Assembly: GCA_000388065.2 (NCBI GenBank)
Contig: KB932203.1
Reading direction: 5' to 3' (one strand)
DNA length: 20,137 nucleotides
Source of the DNA: Fonticula alba ATCC 38817
Lineage: Eukaryota > Protista > Nucleariida
In this document: positions 19,306-20,137 of the stretch, piece by piece
How the letters are laid out: each line of letters starts with the position of its first letter
How positions within the stretch are numbered: position 1 is the first letter of the stretch
The notes under the pieces: generated by a model
The model's input: the letters and a program-made list of their open reading frames with translations, nothing else
Databases searched by the model: none
Told to the model about the DNA's origin: nothing
Made by a program: the position numbers and the translations under genes

Positions 19306-19922
19306 GGCACGCGCGCGGGGAGGAAGGGATGCATGTCGGCGAGGGGGGGGGGGGGGGGGGGGGGAGGGGGGGACATGCCCTCATACTTGTCGCCTGCACT
19401 CTCACCCCTGGGGTTGGCTTGTCCCCCCCCCCCTCTCCACCCCCCGTCTCCCGAAATACAGAGACAATCTTGCCCGGCAGCCCGCTCGTGCCCCCCCCCC
19501 CCCTCTTGCCACTTGTCCCCGTCATCACGCGCCGGGAAGGGCCTCGATCGATTGGTGTCTTCGTCTTAGTGGCCGCTGGTTGAGGCTCCTGTGTAATTAA
19601 GCCTTGCCCCCTCGTCCCTGCCGTTTGCCCGGCAGCCGTCTCCTCTCCGGGTGGTGGCCGCATGAACATCGTGCAGGGACAGTGTTGCGTGTTGGGAGGG
19701 CCCGCCGATTTGTGCTGCCAGATGTGAGATCCCGGTCCGGTCGGCGATTAGGGATATGCCCCCCCCCCCTGTAATAATCCCACAGTCCTGGAGACCCGAT
19801 GATGGAAAAAGAGCGCGATCTCCAACAATCAGTCAGCCAGATGCTCATTCGCCCTCTTGGGCCCCGGTCGGGTGAGTCGGAATCAGGGGCATGGCTGAGT
19901 CGGTCCACACCCGAGCCACATA

Positions 19923-19945
19923 GACACACACACACACACACACAC
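19923..19945 (+). repeat. (CA)n microsatellite
   Basis: Read directly from the sequence. Confidence 0.85.
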
Positions 19946-20137
19946 CCCGAGTTGGGCCAGTTGGTTGTGCATGGATGTCCTCCGGGCATTCCCGAAGGAG
20001 CATTCACCGCACCAGCCGGGCCAGGACCGCCTCCCTTTCTCGACCCTTGCAGGGCTGCCAAGCCCTTCCTGTCAGCCGGAGCTCCGCATGCCCGCCCATC
20101 GTTCCCAGGGATACACACCTATTGGCACGTATCAGGG

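Noticed and set aside
1-20137. Transposons, CRISPR arrays or prokaryotic systems
   Set aside because: I found no transposase, RT or integrase motifs, no terminal inverted repeats or LTRs, and no spacer-separated direct repeats. All repeats are simple microsatellites.

Overview
This is eukaryotic, very GC-rich, intron-containing DNA from a draft assembly with four N-gaps, three of them next to long G/C runs. Its style (CA-rich short introns, poly-C/G tracts, low-complexity protein insertions) reminds me of a protist such as the holomycotan Fonticula. That identification is recall only and was not verified. Four + strand protein genes can be reconstructed by hand with canonical GT-AG introns: GDP-mannose pyrophosphorylase (PSA1/GMPPB type, 5 exons, 361 aa), 40S ribosomal protein eS10 (2 exons, 149 aa), a PH-RCC1-FYVE protein whose 5' exon is probably lost in a gap, and the peroxisomal AAA ATPase PEX1 (5 exons, about 1070 aa). 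Two tandem - strand tRNA genes, Val(AAC) and Ile(AAT), each have a Pol III T-run terminator. Most other ORF-track entries are GC or repeat artefacts. The most interesting observations are: (1) a plant PRAF/RLD-like PH-RCC1-FYVE architecture with an acidic insertion carrying two FFAT-like motifs, a possible ER-endosome tether; (2) a strong GTnCGy donor bias, with C at +4 in 9 of 11 introns; (3) CA repeats in place of polypyrimidine tracts at several acceptors; (4) a poly-Gly replacement of the PEX1 D2 pore loop 2; (5) a lysine-free eS10 tail. I found no mobile element, CRISPR array or clearly new multi-gene system.
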